A DNA stretch of 64,000 nt from Callorhinchus milii (Eukaryota), in the NCBI RefSeq assembly GCF_018977255.1, contig NW_024704742.1, forward strand, positions 6,946,001 to 7,010,000, given 5' to 3'. The translations under genes were made by a program, and so were the position numbers. The notes beneath the pieces were generated by a model. The model ran no database searches, was not told the DNA's origin, and was given only the letters and a program-made list of their open reading frames with translations. This document shows positions 22,756-35,249 of the stretch, in pieces. Each line of letters opens with the position of its first letter. Position 1 is the stretch's first letter.

Positions 22756-23835
22756 TGATAAGGATGAGAAAGGAAGATGCAGACTGATTTTCCCCCTGTA
22801 GCCTCGTAGCGGTTAAGGCTATACCAACTGACTCATTGAAGGAGCCACAAAGTGGCTATTTTTGATGACTCGAACATGCTGTTATGATAACATTTTGGCT
22901 AATCATCATTTTCAAGAGCAAGGGGTCTCTTGTGCTGGAATAGCAGCACGAATTCAAAACAAAGCAAAGAGAAAACCAAAAGAAAAATAAACAGGGAGCA
23001 GATGGGATTGCGTCCAGCTGTGGCAATGTACCACAGAGGATTTCGTATCGATTTTATTTGTACAGTATTAGATCGACATGAAACTTGCGCCGGGCTCGAA
23101 TGAATGTTCCGTCAGGACGATCGGAGCCAGCTGCTGGTGGAACGGGTTAGTCTGAATCAAATACTCTACAGCAACCTCAGTGCCTCTGAGCTCCAGTGAG
23201 ATGACAGATCTCAAAGCTACAGCTTTGCCCATAAACCACAGCAGTGGCAGGTGTAGGGATTTCAGGAAGAGAATGGGATGCATTGTCGGTCTGTTTTCAT
23301 GTCCCTTCCCAAAAAATGTTCCATAGTCTTTGCACTTTACCTTGACCCATTTTCCAGCATTTCTGGAGAAATATTTTATGTGATAATAATAATAATAATC
23401 CTTACATTTGGTATAATGCCTTTCGTTTCAGGAGGGCGTCCCAAACGTGTACACCCTTCACAGGATACGCTGTAAAGTGCAATGACTATGTGTTTGGTGG
23501 GTGAAAGATAGAAACGTTTGTTCTTCAAACTGCTTACTGTGTTTGGTTAATGTTGATATAAGAAGCTGCGGGATAAAATTTGCAGAAGTTTTAAAACATT
23601 CCCATGTTAAATAAGGAACATTTGATAACGTCCAGCAGGTGGAGCACCTCCCTTCAGGTAAGTCCATTCCTTGCCAGCTCGCCCCATGAAGTGACTGAAT
23701 ATACGTTTTCTGGGTCTGATCAACCACACAGAGGACAAAAACGTGTGCTCTTCCAACCCAGAAATAAGTGTGAAGTGATGCCGAGACCTCAGCATTGCTT
23801 TAAAGGGCAGGTGTGGTCATTTTGTTTTCTGGTAT

Positions 23836-23975
23836 TTAATAATCCTTGCACTTGCATTTAATATGGCGCCTTATCACGTCTTCGAGACATCTCAAAGCGC
23901 TTCACAGAACATATTGTAAAGCGAATTAACTATATTTTGTGGGCCAAACGCGGTTGCAAGTTGCGCACAGCAATA
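23836..23975 (-). mobile_element. Family A SINE 3' fragment
   Basis: GGCGCCTTATCACGTCTTCGAGACATCTCAAAGCGCTTCACAG. Confidence 0.85.
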
Positions 23976-24129
23976 GTTTACTTATAAACTAATAAACATA
24001 CAAGCTGGCAGCTGATGCAGTGGTGACAGAACTGTCCTTTTCATTTCCATGCATGCAATGTCTACATTTAGCAACAGCTCACAAGATCAGAGTTGCTTAT
24101 CCTCCTCTGCATTCGCATTATTTTCAGCA

Positions 24130-24420
24130 TCTGCATTTACATGTATATAGCACTCCTCATGCAGGGTAGCGTCCCAAAGCGAATGCTTGACAGCGGAGGA
24201 GCTCGACCCTGAGCCAGTAGGTGGTTGACCGAAGGCACGGTTGAAGAGGAAGGTCTTCAGGGGCGATCTGAAGATAGGGAACAAAGGGGCAAGGCGGAGG
24301 GATAGAGGAAGAGTTTTGCAGAGCTATGGGGCTCAGTGGCTAAGATCACGGCCACCGCCGGTGGACTGGAGGGCACGAGTCAATGTGCAGGAGGGATTTG
24401 AAAAAGAGTGTGAGGATCTT
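24130..24420 (-). mobile_element. L2 LINE 3' fragment (type-2 tail)
   Basis: GGGTAGCGTCCCAAAGCG tail; GAAGAGGAAGGTCTTCAGGGGCGATCTGAAG is the reverse of F-S-LKTFLF. Confidence 0.75.
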
Positions 24421-24477
24421 GAGACGTCAAGAAGATGTGATAAGGCACTATATCAAATGCAAGGATTATAATTATTA

Positions 24478-24768
24478 TATATCAATGGCAAGCTATGCGG
24501 TTTTAGCTAGTTAGGCTCCAGCAGTACCTCCAACGCACACTCTGGGTTCCCCAAGCCTTAGCTCTTGCCAACCTGTGCCTAATACTTTCGGAATTAGGTA
24601 AGCAGAAATGTGTCCCTCCAGGGAGAGCGTGTGCATTCCATTACAACGACCTATCTCTGGGATTTCCACATGTAGATGGGATGCATGGAAATCTCAGCTT
24701 GGTTTAGATACTCTTAAGCACGGTGATGGGTTTCCGCATGTGTCACACACCAGGCTGACCAAAGAAAA
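24478..24768 (+). mobile_element. Family C retroposon, 5'-truncated
   Basis: Collinear with 3567-3858; ends CACCAGGCTGACCAAAGAAAA. Confidence 0.85.
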
Positions 24769-25725
24769 TTATTTAAGACCAGGAATTGTTACTCCCCTAA
24801 TCTTTTATATTAACAAAATGAAGTAGTATAAGGTTGATTAAAAATCTAGCTCTCTCTTAAAAAAAAATCTCCAAAATGCAGCGAAATATGAAGAACTTAG
24901 AATTTCCTTGTGGGGGTAGAGGGTTGCATAAAACCAGACCAGAGGTGCGGAGAAACTCACAAGTGCGGGTTTGTTAACTGAATGGCCTTTTTCTGCGCCG
25001 TAATACTCCAGAAATTGCTCCATATCAGACACGATAACTCGCTGTGACTTTACACCGTTTTGTTCTATGATGTGAATTCAATATAAAACTACTACCCCAC
25101 CATCTAACATGTGGCGATTCCCTAATAAGGAATTCGAGGGGGGAACACACTCCCAACAACTGGAAGCAAATTGCAACGTCTGGTGGGGTCTCCAGTAAAT
25201 TGATGGCATCCGAGTGGAGTTCCTAAGGGTCCGCGTGACATACTTCCAGTTACCTTATTATTACCTTTTAGAAATTGCCAAAAAATTAAGACGCTAACGT
25301 TTAAAATCTTTTTAATAACCTAACTTTAGGAAAGTGACACAAGCACTCATTTTCATTGACGTAGAAAGGAAAGTCACTGATGATAGTTCTGCATTACATT
25401 CAGAGAATTCTTACCGGGAAATATTAAAAAAAAGCAACAAAAACCTAGTTGAAATGCTTCTCCACCCTCCCCCTTCCCCCTCGGATTTCTAAATACACAA
25501 GAGAGTCTCATCACCACACATTTTTTGCCCAGAAATTTTCGCATCTGGTATCTATCAAAGAATATTTTCCACCGTATATTTAAAGAAATCGCTCAGTTAA
25601 ATATATATGGAGTGAACAATGTCAATTAGTGTGTATAATGAGACTTCTTTACTGCATTCCAAAATAACAAAAAGTACACAGTTAGTTGTCCAGTCCAACT
25701 GCCTCCCCCTTGTCCCCTTACCCCG

Positions 25726-25766
25726 ACACACACGCACACACACACACACACACGCGCACACATACA
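25726..25766. repeat. (CA)n microsatellite
   Basis: Direct reading, imperfect. Confidence 0.9.
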
Positions 25767-26627
25767 CGTTCCTTCCTTGTGCCTTCTCAGCAAAGCTGCA
25801 ACCAAAAAAATTAAAGTTCTGACTGAAAAGAAATCAGGCTCGCTGGTCACTAAGCTTGCTGACGGGCTCATTTAGCTGAGTAACTGTCTGCCACGTTTAG
25901 AAGCTCAAGGTTTGGCAGCTCATCTTACTGGTGACCTCCGGCTATCTGCACAACGTCAGCCACACAGCAGCCGGTCCGAGCCCCAGCCACTCTGCTCCAA
26001 CTTTCTTCGAGCACTTTGCTTCTTTCTGTTCTACCTTTTATTTTAGAATAAGCCAGACTCTCGTCCGAGCTCGGGCCACACCACCCAGCGAATCATCCTC
26101 TATCCGTCGAAATCCGGTCATAATAATCCTGGCATTTGATACAGCGCCTTATCACGTCTCAAAGTGCTTCACAGAATCTACTGTCAAGTAAAGTGACTGT
26201 GTATTTTGTGGGGGTAAAGGTATAGGGATCAGGCGAGACTGTGGCAAAATTAATAAGGGGAATAGGGTTCTGTTGCCTCCCCCGCCCGCCCCCAACCCAC
26301 CCCATACCGCTGAACTACAAGCAGAAAAGGTTTGAATGGATTGATTCTGTTCGTTAAATGGACTGTAACCTCATTGAGTGATTTACCATGAAAGTGAATC
26401 ACAATGTGCTGGTTCTTAAGGGGCCTTATGCTGTCCCGCATGTGGGGGATGGGATGCAGTGTGATAGCAGCTGTGGCTGTTACTGTAACAACGATACCTG
26501 ACTGATCTCACTCTGAGTGTTGAGTTCAATCCCTCCCTGAGGAATTGAAGACAACGTCAAAAAAAAGTGCTTTGGTCAAAATTTATATGACGGGCAGGTT
26601 TTGAACTACAACCCTTGCGAGAACCAA

Positions 26628-26700
26628 ACACAACAACAACAACAACAAAATTACATTTGTATAGCGCCTTTCACGTCGGGAGGACATCCCAATGCTCTGG
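26628..26700 (-). mobile_element. Isolated L2 3' tail (type 1)
   Basis: (CAA)nAATTACATTTGTATAGCGCCTTTCACGTCGGGAGGACATCCC. Confidence 0.8.
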
Positions 26701-27639
26701 ACTCAAACGCCAGTGGCATTGACTTGCAGTCTGACGATTTTGTGATTGTAAGCAGTATTTTCTGTCTTACAAGCCACAAGTTCTTGATACCAGCAACACC
26801 ACCCCACCACCCCACCGCCCCCCCCCTCCCCCCCGCACACACACACACACACATATGGCCTTTTGCAGAAGTTGGTTCTGATTATATTGCATTTTTCCCT
26901 CAACCGGCAATTACATGAAGGAATGCTCTGCGTTTCCATAGCTTTGAAGTGACACGGTCTTCGGTATTTTCCAAACGATCTTAGCTATAAACAGCTATGA
27001 TTTTAACAAATGTAAGATTAACGGACTTCAAAAGCATTCCTCTTATTCCTATGGACGGAGGCTATAATATAATCTGAGAGATGTGCTGAGAAGTTGCAGT
27101 TTCCAACACTGCATTTGGAGAGGAAGTCCCCACCTCCTGCACTTCATTAATTTACAGATTCTGACAAACAACGCTTCGTGAGAGAACGGTTGACACACGC
27201 GATCGCTCACCAACCTTACAGCTGCTTCAACATTAAGTAGCAGCCCCCTGGGTAGCTCTGTGAGCAAACATGGCTGTAGGACACTGAAATCCAACAGACA
27301 CTGCTACCTTCTTGAGCTCTCGATCCGAGATTTAACCAGCAAACTCAACATTTGTTGCAACTGAATTTTAAGTTGTTTAAAGTGATAAAAGAAATGAATC
27401 GTCAGTCTTCAAACTTCAAAAAGGAATACGATGGGAGCAAAGGCTATGCCTTGCGATTTATGAATGTTACAGACATGAATGATCACTTTAGAATGGTTAT
27501 ATTTATATTTTGAATTGTAAAGCTTGCATTGTAGACTGGTGATCATTCTTTCCCTCTTTCCCTCCTCCTTCCCCCCCACCCCTACACATGGGTGCGCACA
27601 CAAATACAGTCTATTAATGCGAATGATCGGTTTGTTTGT

Positions 27640-27850
27640 TAATAATAAGAATAATAATCCTTGCATTTGATATAGCGCCTTATCATGTCTTTGAGACGTC
27701 TCAAAGTGCTTCACAGAATACACTGCAAAGTGTAGTGACTGTACATTTTGTGGGTGAAACACGGCAGCTAATTGCGCCAAGCAGTGTCCCACAATCAGTT
27801 GCGGATTGAGTGACCAAATTATTATTATTATATTGAAGGGATTATATATC
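27640..27850 (-). mobile_element. Family A SINE, 5'-truncated
   Basis: Reverse-complement 3' half. Confidence 0.85.
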
Positions 27851-27869
27851 CCCAGATTATAATTGTTAG

Positions 27870-27965
27870 TTGTAACAGAGAAAACACCTTGTATTTGTAG
27901 CCGTAATGCTCATTGCTGTAACTCCCTGATAAATAATAATAATAATCCTTGTAATAGAGAAAACA
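27870..27965. repeat. 62-bp insert between 17-bp direct repeats, homologous to 31483-31550
   Basis: TTGTAACAGAGAAAACA (27870-27886) and TTGTAATAGAGAAAACA (27949-27965). Confidence 0.8.
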
Positions 27966-28628
27966 TTAGCATTTCATGGGGATGAAAAACATAATAATAT
28001 TTTGTAACTGATTCCATGTGATAATTATCGAAAATTTGATGCGATAGTTATGAAACATCCAATTTTTTATGCCTTTATTTTGAGTTACTCTATGTTCCCA
28101 GGGGCACTGGACCCCTGTGCATGTAAGCAGGAACACTGACCAATCTCTTTTCTTTATCTGCCTGTTGAGTGTCCTGTGGCTTTGGGATGAAGACCACCAT
28201 GATAGGTTTGTGTGAACGCTATCACAGCTGCTGTCCACTTCCCTTTCAAATCTTTCAAAAGCGCAACTCAATGGCGAAAGGTCTTTTATCATCTCACATT
28301 GGGTCTGTTGGGCACACAGCGGAGTCTGCTTGCTATACACTGCAGACAGCAGAGAAAACACACTCAGAACAGCAGGACTGTGGCTTTAAGGACATTGCAC
28401 TGTCAATCAATTGGCACAGCTACAATTTATGCGGACCTGTTACAGCTTTCAAAAAAGAGGCGCTAAAGAGGTTGGAGTGTCTTCAGAAACTTGTTTGATT
28501 TGTCCATCACCTCAGACCTAATGTCTATGAATTCAGCTGGAATAATTTTTTTTCTTTCAAGGATTGGCTTTATCTGAACAGTCACCTCATTCTACATGTT
28601 ATAAAGAGAGATATCTGCATGGTTTATG

Positions 28629-28967
28629 AGGCACAATCTTAGCCTTAAAAACGATCGTCTTAACCTAAGAACATAAGAAATTCTAGACAAAAAAAAGACC
28701 AACGTCCATCTGGTTTGCTTTCCACCTCCTGACAGTCGCATGCACATATGTCCCGAACTACCTATGTAGTATAACGCATCTGTGTTTGAGGGAATCAACA
28801 GTTCAAATTTGTCAGTGTAATAATTCTTACAATTGGTCTTTATCTGAAAGTTGGTTTCTTAAAATCTTGTAGAAAACCAGCTTCCAAATTGAAACTTTCA
28901 AACTTTTGCACACTTTTAAATGTTGCAAATGGTCTTAAAGACTAAGACTACGAGGTATTTCAGACTG
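28629..28967. mobile_element. Family H MITE interrupted by a CR1 3' fragment (~28665-28830, minus)
   Basis: Right end TGGTCTTAAAGACTAAGACTACGAGGTATTTCAGACT is the reverse of the 33298 left end; TAAGAACATAAGAAATT is a CR1 tail signature. Confidence 0.6.
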
Positions 28968-29689
28968 CAGGTGCCCCTTGTTTGATGCCTTAAACTGACC
29001 AGCAAGCAGTACATTTCGGTTGCTCCCCTTTAGTGGTTTCAGTGAGATCCACATTTGCCTACAAAATAGGTTGTCACTGCACTTTACAGTGTATCCCTGT
29101 GAAGTAGATCCTAAAATGTCTCATCTCAGCTCTCCTCTTATCTAGCAGTTTAATACACCCCCACGTTAATCTGTGCAATGGTCTCGGTGCTGAGCACAAA
29201 AGTTCGCCACAGAGCTCCCGGTGTAGAATGATTCCACTATCGTGTTCGAACTACAAAAACAACAATGTGCATTTATGTAGCGCCTTTCACACAGGGTAGC
29301 ATCCCAGAGCACTTAACCACCCCAGGTCTCCAAGAGCCAGCTTAGAATTGATTCGTAACAGAGTATTCACTCTGAAACATTCACATTTTAGGGACCTCGG
29401 GAAGTGGCCGTCTTTACATACTTTGGACATTATTAAATGGGATGGTGTACAGTATAGACGAACTGTGTGACACACTTATGATTGTTAGTTTGTGTATTTG
29501 ATTAACGGCCCATTTTACCTAATACAATTTGATTCAGGTTTCATTGGCAACTTTTAGCTAGGTGTTTGATGACGGGCATGATTGCGTGATAAGGTGCATC
29601 ATCAAATGCAAAGATTGTTAGGATTATTATTACTTGTCTATAATAGGAAATTAATTCCTATTACAACCAAGTGAGGAAACGATCAGTAT

Positions 29690-29875
29690 TATAGCAATAA
29701 TAATCTTTGCATTTGATATGGCAAATTTTCATATCATTGAGCCATCCCAAAGAGCTTCATGCAATTTACTGTTCAGTGTAATGAATGAATGACCTGTGTA
29801 TTTTTTAGGCGAACATGGCAGCCAATTTATGCACAGTAATGTCCCACAAATCGCCATGAAGTGTATGACCAATTT
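29690..29875 (-). mobile_element. Family B SINE 3' fragment
   Basis: AATCTTTGCATTTGATATGGC...GGCAGCCAATTTATGCACAGTAATGTCCCACAAAT. Confidence 0.7.
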
Positions 29876-30109
29876 ATGTTGAATTGTTGGCTAGGCAAGT
29901 GCACATGGTTAAAGAAGAAATCATTGATATAAATCCCAGCACCAGAGATTTTATGCACAGTGAGAGACTGATACTCCACAGGACCTGATCATTTCTGTAC
30001 TCAGGACGAACATTATATCTAAAGGGTTGAGCAGCAGATAGAGGATAAGATGAACACTTTTGCAAAGATGATAACCTTTGGGTCTCAAGAAACACTGTAT
30101 AGAGATTGC

Positions 30110-30365
30110 CCTCAATGGATCACTGAGATGACTTAGTTGAACAGCTGACAAGTCCTAGATTTGATCCCTGTTTTGTGCTGATCTGTACAGTGCCATAGTT
30201 GGGATGTTACCGTTGGCCTTAGTTCTCTGAATTAAAAGAGGGAGCAATTAGCTGAGATTCCTCACTGCTGATTGCTATCCAGAGATCTCTGTTGAAATGT
30301 GCACATGTGGACACGGGGTGTGAACAGGATCAAACTTAACTCATTTCCTTCACCATCACAAAATC
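30110..30365 (+). mobile_element. Old SINE family D (B-box-like GATTTGATCCC; GCTGAGATTCCTCACTGCTGATTGCTATCCAG core)
   Basis: Similar to 51745-52215, 53990-54300 and reverse 32015-32310. Confidence 0.5.
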
Positions 30366-30379
30366 ACACCTCCATCACA

Positions 30380-30700
30380 ATAGTCTTAAGGGGGTAGTGG
30401 CTGAAGGCCTGTCTACCAATGGTGGAATGGAGCGGACAAGGGACGTGCAAGAGACCAAAGAAAGATATCCACAGGGAAGATAGAGGAGTGGGGTGTAAGC
30501 AGATCAGAGAGGAAGAGAGATGCCAGGGAGTTAAGTGATTTTGTACAAGATCCGCGAATGTGAGGAACTTTAAATCAATCCGTTCTGCAATCGGAAGGAA
30601 GCCAGTTGAACCTGACAAGGACTAAGGTGATGAGGGCGCAGAATTTGGTGCAGGTGAAAATATGGCCAGTGAGTTTTGAATTAATTGGATTCAAAATTAT
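30380..30700 (-). mobile_element. L2 ORF2 C-terminal fragment
   Basis: Translation LPIAERIDLKFLTF...LLHVP...TIGRQAFSHY matches the L2 C-terminal motif. Confidence 0.8.
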
Positions 30701-31532
30701 ACTTTCGCACAGACGGACAAGACAGACAAGACGAGCAAGACAGAAAAGACAGACAGACACATATGCCAGCAAAAGTGTGAGAGATAGAGGGAGACAGTGG
30801 GATACTGAGATAGCGAGACAGTAACATAAATCTCACTGAAAAAACTAGAAAAATGAACACTGCCTGAAAAATCCAACTCAAAAAAACTCAGGAAAGAATG
30901 CCAGGGTCGCTTTTTTGTTGGAGCTTATAATAATACATTGTAAGCAGAAATGTCAGCTCTGGGAGTTGACAGCATTAATAAAGGCTTTTATTATGAGGCC
31001 ATACGGAAATCTGATCGGCAGCAATGCAAAATTATTGCAAGAGCTCTTCAAGCTAAGGCGGTAGAGTGACGTCTCCAGTTGACAATAAATTACATCAGTG
31101 TTCCATTCAGTGCCACATTTTAATCCAGCTAATAAATTTGTCCATGTAAATTTGGCACTCACAATTGTTGAGTGAATCAAACTCTCGTTCCTCTGTGGAC
31201 TGCGCTGGAGGTAATTGTATCATACTCGCACGGTTTCTTCCAATGGGAGAAATCCATCTCTGGCTTGAAACCCAACTGGTATTTTAGGAATGATTATCTA
31301 ATTATAGATTAAATGTTCAAAATGCTAGTCATACATGAAATGATTCTGAGGTAGTGCTACTTCCACTTCTTCCATCTTAAGAGTCAAAGCTTTGTGTTCG
31401 GTCAGAGGCTTATGTGAGGATAGGAAGCTCATTCAAAAATTAAACATAAGGGGAACAGCATTGCTCATCGTCTCAATTCTCTAACACCTTGTATTTGTAG
31501 CCGTAATTCTCAATGTTCTAAGTTCCTGATGA

Positions 31533-31965
31533 ATAATAATAATCCTTGTATTCAATAATAAATTAATTTTCGCGTCAGGAGAATGTCTCAAAGTGTTTCA
31601 CAGGATTTTATTGTATTTTGTAGGCAAACTTGGCAGCCAATGTGAACGCAGCAATGTCCCATATTGAGCCATCAAGTGAACAACTAATTTTATCTGGGGG
31701 AATTGTTGGCCCGGATACTGGCAGAAACTATCTTCTCTTTTCGAATAGTGCCATGGGATCTTTTTAACATCCACCTGAACAGGCAGATAGACCCTCGGTT
31801 TAACTTCACATCCAAAGGATGACACCTCCAACCATTCAATGCACCCCAAGCCCTGCACTGGAGTATCTGACTAGACTGCGAATTCAAAGTCGTGACATGG
31901 GGCTTGAACCCAGAACTTTCTGACTCAGAGGCAACAGTACTATCAACTGAACCAGCCTGACACAT
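31533..31965 (-). mobile_element. Family B Deu-SINE, full length
   Basis: tRNA head at 31880-31965; Deu domain reverse of GTTAAACCGAGGGTCTATCTGCCTGTTCAGGTGGATGTTAAAAAGATCCCATGGCACTATTCGAA; tail. Confidence 0.85.
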
Positions 31966-32014
31966 TCATCTACTGATGGATGATCTACCTATAGCTGGAA
32001 CAAATTAGGCTTGT

Positions 32015-32310
32015 TTTCTTTCCCTCTCTGATTTTCTCCCTTCCTTTCCAGAAGTCCCTGATTTACGTTGGGGTTCTGTTCCAAGTGATCATTCCTCACA
32101 CACTTGTCTATTCAACTGTGGAGTGTGCACCACAGCCAATCTAATCCTCAAACACAGCCTTTCCAGGGAGGGGTCAGAACACAGTAACTGAATGGGAATC
32201 CTGGTTGATTTTCCCCTTCTTTCCCCAGAGGAACCAAAGTCAATTGATTGAGATCAGGTAACAACACAGACTCCAGCCCGTGTCTTTCGACTGAGCACGG
32301 TTCTAAAACA
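32015..32310 (-). mobile_element. Old SINE family D, diverged
   Basis: GGGAATCCTGGTTGATTTTCCCC is the reverse of GGGGAATTCAGCCAGGGTTCC at ~52143. Confidence 0.45.
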
Positions 32311-33296
32311 TAGACTTTGCCAACTGAGCTATTTTTTTTTAACCCACGCATTGTAATAAAGAATTGGGCAGAGACCCTAGAAGGTGAGACATCCCTGGGC
32401 GCTCTTGAGTACTTTCTACTGGCAACCCATCAGAACAGCTTTGAGAAAGGCCTGGGATCAGATTGCCTGCCTAATGTCTTGGTCAGGGAGAGGGGACTGA
32501 CATGCAGCGAAATAATGATAGAAAATTGAGGGGGAGACATTGTAAAGAAAAATGCAAAGTTGCGTTTGGAATTACTTTACATGGGAAAGCTGCCGACTGG
32601 CCGTCCTTTTGCTCTCCTTTGCTGCCTGGATGTCGGCAATAAAATTCTCAAAAGAAAATTGTTTTGCTTTTGACGCATCATCTGGCCATGAGCGAGCAGG
32701 GCGCAAATTCTTAACTAATCTACAGAAGTGTTAAAGGAAAAGGGGCTGCACAGTCACGCACGATTTGACTCGTATAATCTTTCACAATCGCGGCCATGTG
32801 TCCAAAGGAGCAGGACTGAAGAGTGCCGAGTCTGACTGCACCGTAATGATTCACGGCGACCCTCGCATTCTTTCAGCAATCCACTGAGTTTAAGGGCGGC
32901 TCTTGTTACCACACTAAAGCCCCACGCGCTACAGCTGCAAATCCACATCAGACCTGGGCTGTACAGCTGATTCACAAGAAAATCTCCGATTGAAACCCTG
33001 GGCAACAAATCCCTCTGACTTCAACAAGCCAGATTTGTAGATGTTTTTTCAGCCCTTTTCTTTCTTACGTGTGTGTGTTTTTTTAAATTATTTCCCCTCC
33101 CCACCCCCCCACCCAATACTTTAAGTGATTCCCTCTCCCTTCAGTCACTATTCTCCAACAAAGAAGGATTAGCAACCGACCTGCCTTCCCCAGCTTGTCC
33201 CCAGCAACGCTGTTTCAGGCTGCTGGGTTGTGGGACCCAGCTTCCTGAACGGACTTACTTTCCACCGCTAGGTTCTCTTTCCCAGACAGAGAACTG

Positions 33297-33520
33297 AGGC
33301 CCAAGATCCCTCGTGGTCTTAAGTCTTAAAACCATTAATTATCTTAAGATTTAAGAGCGTGGAGAACCTTTGGAAATTCTTATATGAAGACTGAAATTGA
33401 AAGTCAGTTCTTAAAAAGCACTGTGGAAAATCAGTTTCCAATTTAAAAGTAAATGTAAGATGTTTCCAAAATACTGCCCAACCTTAATTTTTAAAGACAG
33501 TGGTCTTAAAGCTAAGACCA
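33297..33520. mobile_element. Family H MITE; right end cut by a type-1 L2 tail (33521-33568)
   Basis: AGGCCCAAGATCCCTCGTGGTCTTAAGTCTTAAAACCA...TGGTCTTAAAGCTAAGACCA inverted ends; CTG on left flank. Confidence 0.65.
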
Positions 33521-33837
33521 TTTGGACGTCCTCCCGACATGAAAGGCGCTATACAAATGTAATTCCGTGTAAGAGCATGAGAAATGTCAGGCCTCTGGTG
33601 TGGTCATGATGCTTTGATAATACCTGTAAACACCATTAGTCTGTTTCTCTCTTCACGTTATCGTTATTGACTTTGTAGCACCGTAAAGACAGCCACAGTC
33701 AACAACAACAAATAACAAATTACATTTGTATTTCTCATCGGGAGGACATCTTCAATAGTGAAATAGTCAAGGGAAACACCCATAATACCAATTAGCATTG
33801 GCGTAGGGGGGATTGGGATTGCACAACATTTGACGGT

Positions 33838-33983
33838 ACATAATAATAAAGCTTACATTTCATATAACGCTTTTTCACATTTTCGAGACGTCTCAAAGCG
33901 CTTCATAGAATATACTGTGAACTGAATTGACTGTATATTTGTGGGTGAAACGCGGCAGCCAATTGTGCACAGCAGTGTCCCAT
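33838..33983 (-). mobile_element. Family A SINE 3' fragment
   Basis: GAGACGTCTCAAAGCGCTTCATAGAATATACTGTG...GCAGCCAATTGTGCACAGC. Confidence 0.85.
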
Positions 33984-35249
33984 AATGTTATCCATATCAA
34001 AATACTGGAGCCTGGGTTCAACCTTCAGGGTGCAAACTCCGCCGTCAACTAAGGTGTGCCCTAAATACTGACTCGGGGCGCTAAGGAATTCATTCAATCT
34101 GAATGATGTGCTTTGCATTTCCAACTGTCTCATCAAGGTCACATAAACTGTGCCTATTAGGAAGCTTGGTGTTTTCTTCAACGTTTTTTTAATTAGCCTG
34201 TGAACACAGAAAGGTTTGAACAATGCTACAAGCAGCGTAAATCACAGCATAGATCTTTAAAAGGACAACATCTATACCTGAGGCTCTCTAGAGAAAGCTG
34301 GATTGTTTTTAATACAATAACTGTCTGGACTGCTCTGCACACACAGTGAAACTAACCTAAATCCAGGCTTACAATCTCTGTTTTTGTTTTGCAGATCTCG
34401 AAAAGGTTTTATTAGAGTTCGAAGCATCCAATACATACAAAGCGTTTACCAGCTTAATCATCCATTTCCCATCTGCTTGTACATTCTGTTTACTTTGCAA
34501 TGCCTCATAGAGGAAGAAACGTTAAGAATTGTTCCTAGAAATGTATTTCTGCAAGTGCTTGAACATTGCATTGTGTTTGAGCAACTCATAAACAGATCAC
34601 TGTGGTTATATAGAATAGCTGTGAGTCTCAGATACACTCTGGCAAACTCTCCATCAGCCTTGTGGGACAAAACAACAAAAGAAAACTGCGTAGCACTGAG
34701 CTAGACGTCTAATCAACAGAATGATTGGCAGTCGACTTGCAATTGCAATCTGCACTGATCGGAAGATTTCCAAAATGCTCCCTGAGTACTTAGCTATCAA
34801 ATACAAGAATAAATCTCCACCCAATTAACTGTTGAAAATTCAGACAAACACAGGGGTGAAACCTATAACATTACATAATGGACGTAATGGAAATAAACAG
34901 CACAACATTTCAGTGCTCACCAACGAACAACAAATTGTTGTTGTACGCCAAAAAAGCAGGTATTTTGTACGGTCTTAGCAACCTTATTTCGGGTTCTGGA
35001 GCAAGGATTTGAGTGCTCTTTAATAGGAAATTGGCTGAGCTCCAAGTCTTTCAGCTCCATTCAAACAGAGAGGTTTGGATTGGACAAATCCTTGGGCACA
35101 AACATTATGTCAAGGACAAATTAGCAGTGAAGTGATGGGCATTCCAGCCATTGAGTGGTCAGTGATGACCAACGAGGCATTTTGCCCGGATTAACTGGAT
35201 TTCCTTCCTTCCAAAATAACAGGCATATTTACAACAGGTAAGAATATTA

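Noticed and set aside
34395..34704. Exon after the strong TTTTGTTTTGCAG acceptor
   Set aside because: No recognisable peptide in any frame and no supporting evidence beyond the motif
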